From Eutreptiella sp. 'Long Island Sound 2002' (taxonomy: Eukaryota > Protista > Euglenida), in NCBI GenBank assembly GCA_964036045.1, contig OZ038378.1:199640001-199704000 (forward strand): DNA of 64,000 bases, read 5' to 3'. Shown piece after piece: positions 22,532 through 34,500 of the stretch. The notes under the pieces are model-generated. The model saw only the letters and a program-made list of their open reading frames with translations. It searched no databases and had not been told where the DNA came from. The translations under genes were made by a program, and so were the position numbers. The number at the start of each line of letters is the position of its first letter. Within the stretch, counting starts at the first letter, position 1.

Positions 22532-22759
22532 AGGGGTGTATTGGAAGGGGAGGGGAGCCAGAATGTCAGCATGTCAGGAGCAGTTACAAAGGCAGCTGGA
22601 GGGTAGTGGCAGGGCCTCCTTTGGAAGCAGTTACTGTGGGCCGCAAAAGCTGTTATGATTGGGCTGTTGGGAAAGTGAGAGACCGGGTGGGCTGCTGGAT
22701 CAGCCCACACAAAGGGGGTGGGGTGGGATACCTCTCGCCCTCCCTGGATTGCACTCCCT
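22532..22759 (+). mobile_element. Degenerate MITE-like element (same family as 40215-40426)
   Basis: Begins AGGGGTGTATTGGAAGGGG; interior is colinear with the 40215 copy. Confidence 0.55.
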
Positions 22760-24293
22760 CTCCAACCAGAACTATCCCAGTCACTATGATGTGTTACCTC
22801 CACCCAAATGCGCATTGCACTTGAACATGCAACTCCCAGCTGTCTGTAACGGGAGGTGCACTTGAGTGGCTTCAGTTAATGAGGGGGCCCTTGTTTAACG
22901 CGCTATTTTTATGCCAAATATCCCGAGTTTAGCACCAGCACCCTCCCCGAGGCAAACCACCCAAGCAGACCAGAATCAAAACCAAACCCTTCCCTTTAGA
23001 GCACACAACATAAGACCAAATTTGTGAATTCCACTTGCTCAACACATATGACATGTATTGCGCCTAATAAACAGCTTTGTCCTCCCAAGTGTGGGTGGCA
23101 ATACGCTCAGCACAAGATTTTTTTGGTTCAGACCCGGGTAAGCTGGCAAAGCCCTTTTGAGGGAACGTTTGCCTGGCACGCCCACCACGCCGAGCATCCA
23201 AATCAATGTTCTGGCCGTCTATCCCAATGCTTTACCCCCATCATATGGAGCTTGGAGTGCCCTTTTCACAATTGCACAAGCACAATTCATTCATGCATGG
23301 TTGCAAGAAGTGGTGGCAAGGAAGTATGATGACAATATTAACCTCTCTTGGAATCATTCCTTGCTCTCTTGGGCACTAAAAGAAGTGCCCAAATCCCATT
23401 GCGCCAGGCTGGGTCAGGAAATCCCATACAAAAACATGCCCTCCAACGGTTGGAAGTGGAACAGTGACCATTGAAACTTTCTCCAGCACACCCGTTGCAT
23501 GCCCGCCATGCTAACGTTCCCTCCTTAGCAGGCGGTACGCGAGAGAATTTTCCGAATAAGGGATCACAGCTTTCCGTGCTACGATTGTCCTAAAGCTCAG
23601 TGTGGTAGCGGACATGACACGTAGTTAGGATGAGCTCAGCACAAAACTGGTATTGCAATCACCACAAAGTGTTGTGGTGCGCTTTTTGGCAGCACACGGC
23701 AAAAATGTCAACCTCATCCCCTCGGAGGGCGGTATTTCTATTATTTCTGGCCATTTTGGCCGCTTTCGGAGGGCGGTATTTTAGTTATTTTTGGCCATTT
23801 TGGCCGTTTTCGGAGGTCATCTTGCGGGGCAGCTGAGTTGCTTGCAATGTCTTCCCACGGGGGGTGACAGACCAAAAAATGGGACTGCAACTGAAATGGC
23901 TACATAACCCCTGCCTTCTCGGGATCTCCAACATGAAGAGGAATAAAGCACCAGAAGGTTGAACGAACGCAATCAAAAGTGGCTCCATAACCCCTGCCTT
24001 CTCAGAGTCCCCGAAGCAGCAAGGAATCACACCGGTTGCTTATTATAATATTGGTTGGGGGCATTTCAGCCTAAAACGACACCGGCACGCGTCCAGTGTA
24101 CTAACCCCCCCCCCCCCCCCCGTTGCGCAGGCACCGCCCAAGGCACCAACATTGAAGGTTTCACAGCATAGTGGTGACTGCACAAGGCGGTGCTTGCGCA
24201 AGGGGAAGCAGGGGCTCACATTCCCTCTGTATCACATCTCCCATGCAGAGCACTGAGATCCTTATCTCACATTGACCCCATAACTTCGCATAC

Positions 24294-24387
24294 CGTCCCA
24301 AACTGAAGGCTGACTGCGTTTCTGCATGATTTTCATAATGAAGGCAGCCACAGGCAGCAGGATGACCAGACTCTTCAACCAGATGCC
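24294..24387 (-). CDS. Selenoprotein exon 3 (second TM / stop-transfer segment)
   Basis: TAG|GGC...GAC G|GTATGC, 94 nt; GIWLKSLVILLPVAAFIMKIMQKRSQPSVWD; hydrophobic helix followed by basic residues. Confidence 0.82.
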
Positions 24388-24693
24388 CTAAGAGATAAAT
24401 CATGTGCAGCAAAGAGGGCACACTAGCAATCCAAAAAATCTGGGGAACAGTGTAGGAACGGTGTACATTTTCTGACATGTCTGTGATGGATACCAGGGTT
24501 GCGAGGAACTATGCAGGAACCTGCATGCTTGGGGGCTCAGTGCAGTGTCGGTGCAAAACTTTCGGGCAACAGTGCAGGAACAGTGCAACGCAAGGGGAGG
24601 AACGGTGCTATTCTGCCTGCTGCAGGAGAAGCAAGCACGACCAACAGACAAGCGAAGCCCAGTCACAACCTTCACACACTGCTGAAAGCAGAC

Positions 24694-24849
24694 CTGAAAA
24701 GCTGCGGCGGCGGTTTCAGTGGCCCCAGGAGCTGCATGCTGGGCTGTGATGCCCCTGGGAACGGAACGCACACCAACGACTGGTCTCCTTGTTTGCATTC
24801 CACCATCCTGCGTGCCTCTGGCCATCGCTCCAACTGCTGGCAGAGGAAT
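24694..24849 (-). CDS. Selenoprotein exon 2 (transit-peptide-like)
   Basis: AG/GT-bounded, 156 nt; IPLPAVGAMARGTQDGGMQTRRPVVGVRSVPRGITAQHAAPGATETAAAAFQ. Confidence 0.8.
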
Positions 24850-25144
24850 CTGTTGAATACAGCAGCAATAGTCAACGGTCCCCATTTGCAAAAAGGGCGC
24901 AAGACGCAGGCACCCCGAAACGAAACGAACGAAACATTCCATTCACAATGCGCCTCAACACCGCATCACTGCACCACACCTCGTCCCACAGAGCATCCAT
25001 GTGGGTGTACACAGCCAAGGTCCAAGGCTGACAATACACTCTACTCCTCATTTTTCCCCCAGCCCTGTCTAACCCACCCATTCAGTGACCGCGAATCCCC
25101 TCGACCCTGGAGGGAGACGAAGCAGTGGAAGGAGAGGGGGATAC

Positions 25145-25315
25145 CTGGGTTGTTGCTCTTGGCGCCACCATCAAATTGGTCTCATTTGAAGCGTTGGGGA
25201 TCAAAAAAAACGCAACCCCCAGGCCAACAACACCAATGAGACAACCTGAGAGCCACGCCTCAACTCCAGGTGTTTGTGCATGGGTGGAGGCTAATAAAGG
25301 CCTCCTTTCAATCAT
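25145..25315 (-). CDS. Selenoprotein exon 1 (signal peptide / first TM); whole CDS is 1119 nt, 372 aa
   Basis: MIERRPLLASTHAQTPGVEAWLSGCLIGVVGLGVAFFLIPNASNETNLMVAPRATTQ|GTATCC; candidate trans-splice acceptor CTTTACCCTCAG ~17 nt upstream of the ATG. Confidence 0.8.
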
Positions 25316-25919
25316 GATATGATTTGCACGTCTGAGGGTAAAGACCACAACACAGCAACATGCAAAGATGGTAAATAAATTGCTTTGCTTCATTGCAAAT
25401 GTGCAGACACAACCACCCTGCTGCCTCATGACTTATTGTATTGTCATGGTTTTTCATGATCCTGTACATACTACCCCCCCCTCGAGGTTTTGGGCTCTTG
25501 ATGAATGCCAAGCCCCTTTCCCCCGCCTTTGTCCTCCCCTCCCTCACCAGGGAAGAGGGTCCACGCCAAGTGACGCCCCCAGCCCGCCCTCCAGGGAGCC
25601 GCACTACCACTGTACACGCACATTGTGTGGCACAGAAATTGCAGCAGAAAACGAAATAACAAAGCACAAGAAACATTGGTGTGCAGAGATTATCAAGGTG
25701 AAAACACAATGACAGGTGAAAGCTGGTGTGCCAACCATAAGAAAGGCATGCGTGCGTTCAATGAGCTGCCAACGTCATGAAACTTACTCCTTGAGCGGCT
25801 CGAGATAAAATTCTATTGCCTATCGGCAAGGCGCCTCCAAGAGGGAGGGAGTGCAGTCAGTCAATCACCCACCCCCGTCCAAACACCCAAATAGGGGGAA
25901 AAAACCAAAGAAAGAGGGT

Positions 25920-26510
25920 CTAAAGCATGCTTTACGTGGGATATTTGATCATTGTGAATGGTCAGCATATCAAAAAAATCGGTTTTGAAAAATTTCCAAT
26001 TTTGAGCTGAAGAGGGTGGTAAATTGGTCATGCAGTTTGTGCGCACATCAGGTGTCACTGAACCACATACAAACAGCAATGTTGGGGCTTTTGGGGGATG
26101 TGTGTCTGTCACGGGGGGTGTCTCCCAAGGGATTGGTACACAACCCCTGCTTATGCAGTTTTTCGCCCTGAGCAGCTCAAAAATCTGAACCCTGAAAATC
26201 TGAAAAGTTTCTGAAACCTGTTTTTTTAAATCATGACCACTCACAATGAGCATGCAAGCTATGTAAAGCATGCTTTGGGCAGTATTGATGTGTTTTTTTA
26301 CCCTATTTGGGTATTGGGTGGGGGGGGGGGGTTCCCAAGGGATTGGTACACCACCTGCTCATGCAACTTTTTGGCATGGGGGCAGCTCAAAAATCGAAGT
26401 TTCCGAAACTAGTTTTTTTGATATCATGACCACTTACAATGACCATCCACGTTATGTAAAGCATGTTTCAGGCAGTACTTATGTGTGTTTTACCCTATTT
26501 GGATGTGCAT
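25920..26510 (+). repeat. ~190-bp unit repeat family (TTTTTCACCCTATTTGGG...CCCAAGGGATTGGTACAC...GCTCAAAAATCGAAGTTTCCGAAAC)
   Basis: Occurs as short tandem runs here and at 35830-36270 and 46160-46460; partial copy at 28286-28380. Confidence 0.85.
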
Positions 26511-26771
26511 TGCTCAGGGTAGATTCCCTGTGAGGTGGACTTGCCAAAGGGAATTGAATTTTTCAAAACGTGACCTTCCCGAAACCCTTCTGTCACCCCT
26601 AGGATAGGGTTGGGTGATGATTTGGTGACAATATGGGTACTTGGGCACCCATGGGGACCCACGTGGTGGCCGCTGGGCCCATGTAGCCCCAGCCATGGGT
26701 CACACCCAATACCCATAAAAAAACATAAATGCTACCGAAAATAGCTTTACATCAAAAAAACAATGTTCGGA

Positions 26772-27070
26772 AATTCTATTGCCTTTGGCAAGGCACCTGG
26801 AAGAGAGGCTAACAGACAGCCAATTAGTCAGGCAAGCAGCCAGCAAGCAGTCAGTCAGGCATTTAGTCGGACAGCAAGCAGCTAGATAGGCAGGCAGAAA
26901 CACACAGTCTGGCTTTTTTCAGTGGGAGACTACAACTAGAAACAGTGGGGAAGGAGTGCCCTATGGTAACAATAAGTGGTTGAGCGGTAGAATACTCGCC
27001 CCACATCCCGCACAACGCTGGTTCGAATCTTGGCCGGCGACCATTGGCACGCGCCGGTCGGCTCATGAGC
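26772..27070 (+). mobile_element. ~300-bp non-autonomous element: terminal hairpin + (CAGT/CAGG)n + tRNA-like module
   Basis: AATTCTATTGCCTTTGGCAAGGCACC start; B-box GGTTCGAATC at 27020-27029; colinear reverse copy at 45870-46122. Confidence 0.7.
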
Positions 27071-27559
27071 TTTTTTTTACCCCACCCTGGTTCGACTCCT
27101 TCAAAGCACAGACTTTTGACCTCCCTCCTCCCAACTCCCCCCCCCCCCCGAAAATGTGGTATCCATTTTCAGCGGGATAGAGGCCTCAAAATCAAAAAAT
27201 CCATTGGGGGATCGTTTTGTCGGGCAAAATAATGATTATACAAGGGGTTGGACCTCCAATATCATGCCTTGGGGTATGCTACGCGACCCCAAAAAGGGGG
27301 AGTGTATGGTGTCCGTGACTACGCTTGATCTAACAACCTCTTTTCAAGGTGACCTCCATTTTTTTTTGTTGGATGACTCCAAAGGTTCATAAAGTACTCA
27401 AGACATATGATACAGTGGATCCCCGCAATGCGGGGCACGTGGCAAAGACCTAGAGTTCATATGCGGATACCACACAGCTCTGCGATAGGTGACCGCCACG
27501 CCAGTCGGAACATGTAGAGTGAGTAGTTGCATAGAATATGTGTCCGTTGGCCGGGCTGA

Positions 27560-28190
27560 TGGTGTAGAGGGGCGCCCTGAGCTGTAAGTGCCGCGGCGAG
27601 GGAGGGGAACAGCAGGGAGGCTACCCTGCAAGCGTCGCCACAAGCCCGAAGGGTCACAGAATCACCTTTTGAGCTGCTGCCACAGGTCGTGTAGGGTAAC
27701 AGCCACAAGTTTCCGAAATTGCCTACCTGGAGCGTTCGTGTGCCGAGTATGCTCGGCCTAGTGCGGCAATGGCGCTTAGGGGGAGGTGATTCCACCCTAT
27801 GGTCCGCGCGTTCGGAGGCCCTCCGTTGGCAATGTCTCCGGTAGTGTCGGGCAGTGGAGGCCGCCCACGCCGCCGCACGGCGCAGGAGGGAGTGCCAATG
27901 ATGGGATTGCTGCGCCAAGGTGTCCAAGCTGTCGCGGTAGACGTCCATGCGCGAGGCACTAAGAGCGGTTTGTTGGTGCACGAAGCACGGCTGGGCCAAA
28001 TACCGCATCGCCAAGGACATGTGGGGTTCCTCGGAGTCCGTGGTGGTGGGGAACAGGCATTGGTTGAGGTCCTTTGCCGCCCACGGTCATGGTACAACTG
28101 TGGCCGGTCCCATGTGCGTGCCGCTCTACGGTGGGAAGCTTCGTGAGAGGCGCAAGCGATCTGCCGTGGTGCCCTCTCCCGGGCACCTGT
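27560..28190 (-). other. GC-rich coding-like remnant with stops, probably a mobile-element ORF fragment
   Basis: ...AAKDLNQCLFPTTTDSEEPHMSLAMRYLAQPCFVHQQ...HHWHSLLRR; no recognisable domain. Confidence 0.3.
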
Positions 28191-31100
28191 ATACATGAGC
28201 AGATTGTCTACCACTCCCTTGGAAAACAATGCCCGCCCGCCCCCCCCCCACACAATGCCCGTAAAAAACACATGAATACTGCCTAAAACATGCTTTACAT
28301 AGCTTGGATGGTCATTTTCATTGTTCGTTTTCAGTGATCACAATATAAGGAAAAAATTGGAAACTTCCATTTTTGAGCTCGCCATGGTGAAAAATTGCAA
28401 GCTGTGTACCAGCCCATGCACACATGTAGGCGATTATTGGTGAAAACGGTGATTTCGCGTCTTTCACGTGGCCCCTTGACTGGCCATAGGCAGGGCTAGA
28501 GACTGCAAAAAACGTCCTTTTGTATCCTAGTAGGCATATGTTGTCACAACATCCCCACTTGCACTTGCACCCCTTCTAGTGGGTACTATGGGGTCACCAA
28601 GGTCGCCAAAAACGCCGACATAGGGGGAATCCTTGCACTGCGCGCGCACTGCGCGCTACTTTTAGACTATGTTCCCCCCGAAGAGCCCCCAGGCACGCCC
28701 CTTGGAAACAACCTTAGAATTAGGCGACCCAATCTGGACTGGAGGGGACCTTGAGGGGGACCTTCCCGGTTCTTGTAGCAGTGGTGTACGACCAGGGGCC
28801 TTTGGGGGGGAACTTGACTGTGTGTTGGGCGGTGGAGATGGAGGGCAGTGAGGTGGCGAATCTGAACTTGGGATGGCAAAGGAGATGGACTCCATTTGGC
28901 ATTGCCGATTCACCACTCTCACCCCATCTTGGTAGTATTCCAAGTGGAGGAGTCCGTCTTCCGTGGCGGTTGCAGGCCATTGGAGCGGGTATAGAACACC
29001 CTATCCCCAATATTGAGATGCATGGAGAAAGTGGGCTTGAGAAATGAGGAGGGAAGTATGATGTCCTGTAGCAGGCACCCTGAAAATGTATCACCATATC
29101 AATCAACCGAGAAAAAGAGTAGGTGTGGTGGAAATGAGTAAAAAATATGTGCAAAAAGGTAGAAATGGGTGAAACACGGGAACATCCAAAAATGCCATAT
29201 CCCCAATGCATCAAAACCTACTACCAAACAACAATGATGCCCAAAGTACCACAAAGGATGGGTTTCTACTACAGCCAGACGCCCAAATAGTTGCACTGCG
29301 CGCGCACTGCGCTTAAGGGGCCCCGATAGCAAAAACCACATGAAAACCGTAAACCACACAAACCCTCTGGAGTCGGAACACGAAAAAACTTTTCAGCTCA
29401 AAATCGGCAAAAAACCAAAATAGTCATGATTTTCGACCGAAACAAGGGGGAGATAAGTTTTTCCATATTTTTGACCCCCACCCACCCCTCCCCTCCCCCC
29501 CAAAAAAAAGAAAAAAGGGTGGGTTTCAAGTGGGGGTGGTGTGTGTGTGGGGGGGGGGGAGGGTCTGAACCAAAAACTCATAGGGGGATGTGTTTATTGA
29601 ACAAAATAATGATTTTACAAGGGGGCTAAACAAACAATTCAACCCCTTGGGGTAGGGTACGCGAATAGACCCAAAAGAGGGGGGGTATGTTGCGTTTTCC
29701 CCAAAATGCGGGTCTGCTTGGCTTTGATCTAACAACCTTTGCAAGGTGATTTTCAGGTGCCACTAGACAGCCCATCTAGCATGAAAACGGCGAAATCCTC
29801 ACCAGCAAGCGCCCATAGGGGGGGCCGACCGGGGGTACCCAAAGTTTGGACCTGGGACCCCCACCATGGGGTAGGGGTCCATATACTAGAAAAAAATTGT
29901 TTGGGTCCCAAGTCCAAATCCACACGCAGCCACGGGGGGGCGACTACAACCGGTCCTGATGCGACATACCCCCCAGCTATCTGTCAAAACTCGGGGGGGG
30001 GGGGGCGTAGTTGGGGGGGGGGGGTCCAGCCGGGGGTCGGGGGGGTCCAGCCGGGGGTCGGGGGGGGGGTCCAGCCGGGGGTCATATGGGTAGTATGGGT
30101 TGCTATATATCACTATGAATATCTCTTTACAATTGTCCCAACCCAACCCATCCATCTCTACTTATCACCACGTCTTTGCTCTCCACAGAAAACCCCTCTT
30201 TTGTACCCCTCGTTATCCAAGTGTCTTTCCTTCAAGCGCTTTTTTTTCGCGGTCAAACACAGTGTTCACAAGTCCATTAGTATAGGATAGTATACACATG
30301 GCGAACCTGCGCCAGCAGCGTGCACCGTAAGGTGTCTTTCCTTCAAGTGCTATCTGTGGGCACACGCACTCCGGCGAACACAGCCGTGTTGAGCAGCACA
30401 CTGCTCAGCCTAAGGAACGATTATTCATGGCCTTATCAGGATTGCCTTGAATACAGCGTGTGCACAATGCCAGCCAACACAGAACAAATACTTCTGGTTT
30501 GCGCAACTTTTTGACTTTCGGGACAGAATAGCAATAGCTTCTCAAACTACTGCTCAACTGGTGGTGACCAACATGGTGTAGGTGCATGGCCCTAGGTTGT
30601 GGCTATGGTGGCAGTGGTAGTGGGTAGTACCTCATCTTGGACGAAGGGAGGGAGGTCAGGCACAAGGCCAAATACGCCCGAATGACTCACTAAGAGGAGA
30701 GACAAGAACGTGCCAAAGAATTTGGGCCGAGAGATCGAGAGCAATGGAGAGGTCAAAAAATCATTATTGTGCACTCCACTCAGAACACTCGGGGCTCTCA
30801 CCCATTCCATACGGGACTGCAAATTGTAATGTCGACTAGTAGTTGGAGAAATGCCTGCTTTTGTGCGTGTTCATGGCGAAGTGACCGACCGAAGGGTACT
30901 GACAACCCAAAAAAGTTCAGCGGGATATTGCGTATGACTGCAGCAACCCAGAAGACCCATTGAAAGTGCAATCTCCGGCAACTTCCTCAACTCCAGTGGG
31001 AAAAAAGCCCAAACTGGCCTCTCTACCCAATCTACAAGGCACACATGAGACTGCACCTGTACAAACTGGAGTTCAAGCCTAAGATTCTCGAGCAACTCTA

Positions 31101-31528
31101 CCAGCCGCTCTCACAAACAAACATTAGACCAAAGACCTGAGGAGTTGACCCACCGCTGTCTCTACCATGTGAGCATTCGACCCCCATCACCTGACAACCC
31201 GTACTCAGAATTGACAAAAACAACCACCCTACTACGACCCCACTGCGACCCAACAGCCCGCACTTTAGCACTAGATGACCGCAGCTGTTGAACAAACTAT
31301 TACCTCCTTACCTGCTCAGTAAATTCTCATACCCCCTGGAACCCTGCCACAAGACTTCGCATATCCCGTGGGTGGAGGGGGGGGGGGGGGTTTCCATTGC
31401 CACTGACCAAAACATCTGTCGCTGCACATACACGCAGGAGGACATCAACACCATCCCAATTCTGCCACTTCTCCCGACTCTTGTCATCGCAAAATTCTCA
31501 ATTCCGTACAGTAGTGACCCCCAATAAA

Positions 31529-34500
31529 TTAGGCGTCCAGATTAATGGTCAGAATATGCAACAATTGGGTCTCCTTCAGTGCTGCAAGTGCTTGGGCCCC
31601 ACGATCTCCTCCTGAATTGTACTGAAGATCAAGGGTCAGAGTATGCAACAATAGGGTCTCCTTCAGTGCTGCAGGTGCTGGGGCCCCACTGGCTCCTCCT
31701 GAATTGTGCCGAAGATCAAGGGTCAGAGTATGCAGCAAGGGGGCCTCCTTCAGTGCTGCAAGTGCTTGGGTCCCACTGGCTCCACCTGAATTGTACTGAA
31801 GATCAAGGGTCAGAGTATGCAACAAGGTCGTTAGCAGGTCACAAAGCGCTCCACACATGCACGTCCTGGTGTGCATATGCAGCAATGTTTGGCAGTTCCA
31901 TGTCGTTGGCCAAAGCCACACGCAAGTGCTATGCTGCAACCGGATACAAGCCATTGATATGCTACATGCTTCGTCCTGTGATTTCCTTCTGGGGGCTGGA
32001 CCGTGTTTTGTCTACCGCAATGCGATAGAGTATGCAACAAGGGGGCCTCCTTCAGTGCTGCAAGTGCTTGGGCCCCACTAGCTCCTACTGAATTGTACCG
32101 AAGATTGAGGGTCAGAGTATGCAACAACGGGGGCCTCCTTCAGTGCTGCAAGTGCTTGGGCCCCACTAGCTCCTGCTGAATTGTACCGAAGATTCAGGGT
32201 CAGAGTATGCAACAAGGGGGCCTCCTTCAGCGCTGCAAGTGCTTGGGCCCCACTGTCTCCTACTGGATTGACCGAAAGATCAAGGGACAAGGTCTGCGAG
32301 CGATGGGGCCTCCTTCAGCGTTGCAAGTGCTTGGGCCCCACTGTCTCCCACTAAATTGTACTGAAGATCAAGGGTCAGAGCATGCAACAAGGGGGTCTCC
32401 TCCAGTGCTGCAAGTGCTTGGGCCCCACTGTCTCCTACTGAATTGTGCCGAAGATTCAGGGTCAGAGTATGCAACAAGGGGGCCTCCTTCAGTGCTGCAA
32501 GTGCTTGGGCCCCACTGTCTCCTATTGAATTGGCCCCAAGATTCAGGGTCAGAGTGTGCAACAAGGGGGCCTCCTTCAGTTCTGCAAGTGCTTGGGCCCC
32601 ACTGTCTCCTACTGAATTGTCCAAAAGAGTAAGGGTCAGAGTATGCAACAAGGGGGCCTCCTTCAGTGCTGCAAGTGCTTGGGCCCCACTGTCTCCTATT
32701 GAATTGACCGAAACATCAAGGGACAAGGTATGCAGCGATGGGGCCTCCTTCAGTTCTGCAAGTGCTTGGGCCCCACTGTCTCCTACTGAATTGTCCAAAA
32801 GAGTAAGGGTCAGAGTATGCAACAACGGGGGCCTCCTTCAGTGCTGCAAGTGCTTGGGCCCCACTGTCTCCTACTGAACTGTCCGAAAGATTCAGGGTCA
32901 GAGTATGCAACAAGGGGGCCTCCTTCAGTGCTGCAAGTGCTTGGGCCCCACTGTCTCCTACTGAACTGTCCGAAAGATTCAGGGTCAGAGTATGCAACAA
33001 GGGGGCCTCCTTCAGTTCTGCAAGTGCTTGGGCCCCACTGTCTCCTACTGAATTGTGCCGAAGATTCAGGGTCAGAGTATGCAACAAGGGGGCCTCCTTC
33101 AGCGCTGCAAGTGCTTGTGCCCCACTGGCTCCTACTGAATTGTGCCGAAGATCAAGGGTCAGAGTATGCAGCAAGGGGGCCTCCTTCAGCGTTGCAAGTG
33201 CTTGGGCCCCACTGTCTCCCACTAAATTGTACTGAAGATCAAGGGCCAGAGTATGCAACAAAGGGGGCCTCCTTCAGTGCTGCAAGTGCTTGGGCCCCAC
33301 TGTCTCCTACTGAATTGTGCCGAAGAGTAAGGGTCAGAGTATGCAACAAGGGGGCCTCCTTCAGTGCTGCAAGTGCTTGGGCCCCACTGTCTCCTATTGA
33401 ATTGGCCCCAAGATTCAGGGTCAGAGTATGCAACAAGGGGGCCTCCTTCAGTGCTGCAAGTGCTTGGGCCCCACTGTCTCCTACTGAATTGTCCAAAAGA
33501 GTAAGGGTCAGAGTGTGCAACAAGGGGGCCTCCTTCAGTGCTGCAAGTGCTTGGGCCCCACTGTCTCCTATTGAATTGGCCGAAACATCAAGGGTCAAGG
33601 TATGCAGCGATGGGGCCTCCTTCAGTTCTGCAAGTGCTTGGGCCCCACTGTCTCCTACTGAATTGGCCGAAACATCAAGGGTCAGAGTATGCAACAAGGG
33701 GGCCTCCTTCAGTGCTGCAAGTGCTTGGGCCCCACTGTCTCCTACTGAACTGTCCGAAAGATTCATGGTCAGAGTATGCAACAAGGGGGTCTCCTTCAGC
33801 GCTGCAAGTGCTTGTGCCCCACTGGCTCCTACTGAATTGTGCCCAAGATCAAGGGTCAGAGTATGCAGCGATGGGGCCTCCTTCAGCGCTGCAAGTGCTT
33901 GTGCCCCACTGTCGCCTACTGAATAGGAGAAAAGATTCAGGGTCAGAGTATGCAACAACGGGGTCTCCTTCAGCGCTGCAAGTGCTTGTGCCCCACTGGC
34001 TCCTACTGAATTGACCGAAACATCAAGGGTCAGGGCATGCAGCAAGGGGGCCTCCTTCAGTGCTGCAAGTGCTTGGGCCCCACTGTCTCCTACTGAAATG
34101 CCCGAAAGATTCAGGGTCAGAGTATGCAACAAGGGGGCCTTCTTCAGTGCTGCAAGTGCCTGGGCCCCACTAGCTCCTACTGAATTGGCCGAAAGATTCA
34201 GGGTCAGGGTATGCAGAAAGGGGGCCTCCTTCAGTTCTGCAAGTGCTTGGGCCCCACTAGCTCCTACTGAAGTGTCCCAAAGATCAAGGGTCAGAGTATG
34301 CAACAAGGGGGCCTCCTTCAGTGTTGCAAGTGCTTGGGCCCCACTGTCTCCTACTGAATTGGCCCCAAGATTCAGGGTCAGAGTATGCAACAACGGGGCC
34401 TCCTTCAGTGTTGCAAGTGCTTGGGCCCCACTGTCTCCTACTGAATTGGCCGAAACATCAAGGGTCAGAGTATGCAACAAGGGGGCCTCCTTCAGTGCTG

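Noticed and set aside
26976-27045. Functional tRNA genes, here and at 45870-45930, 46505-46580 and 34-105
   Set aside because: A/B boxes are present but the acceptor and anticodon stems do not close properly, and the copies are embedded in repeats
30590-31300. RNase H / non-LTR retrotransposon fragment (MEWVRAPSVLSG)
   Set aside because: Only a faint motif resemblance with multiple stops; not supportable without a search
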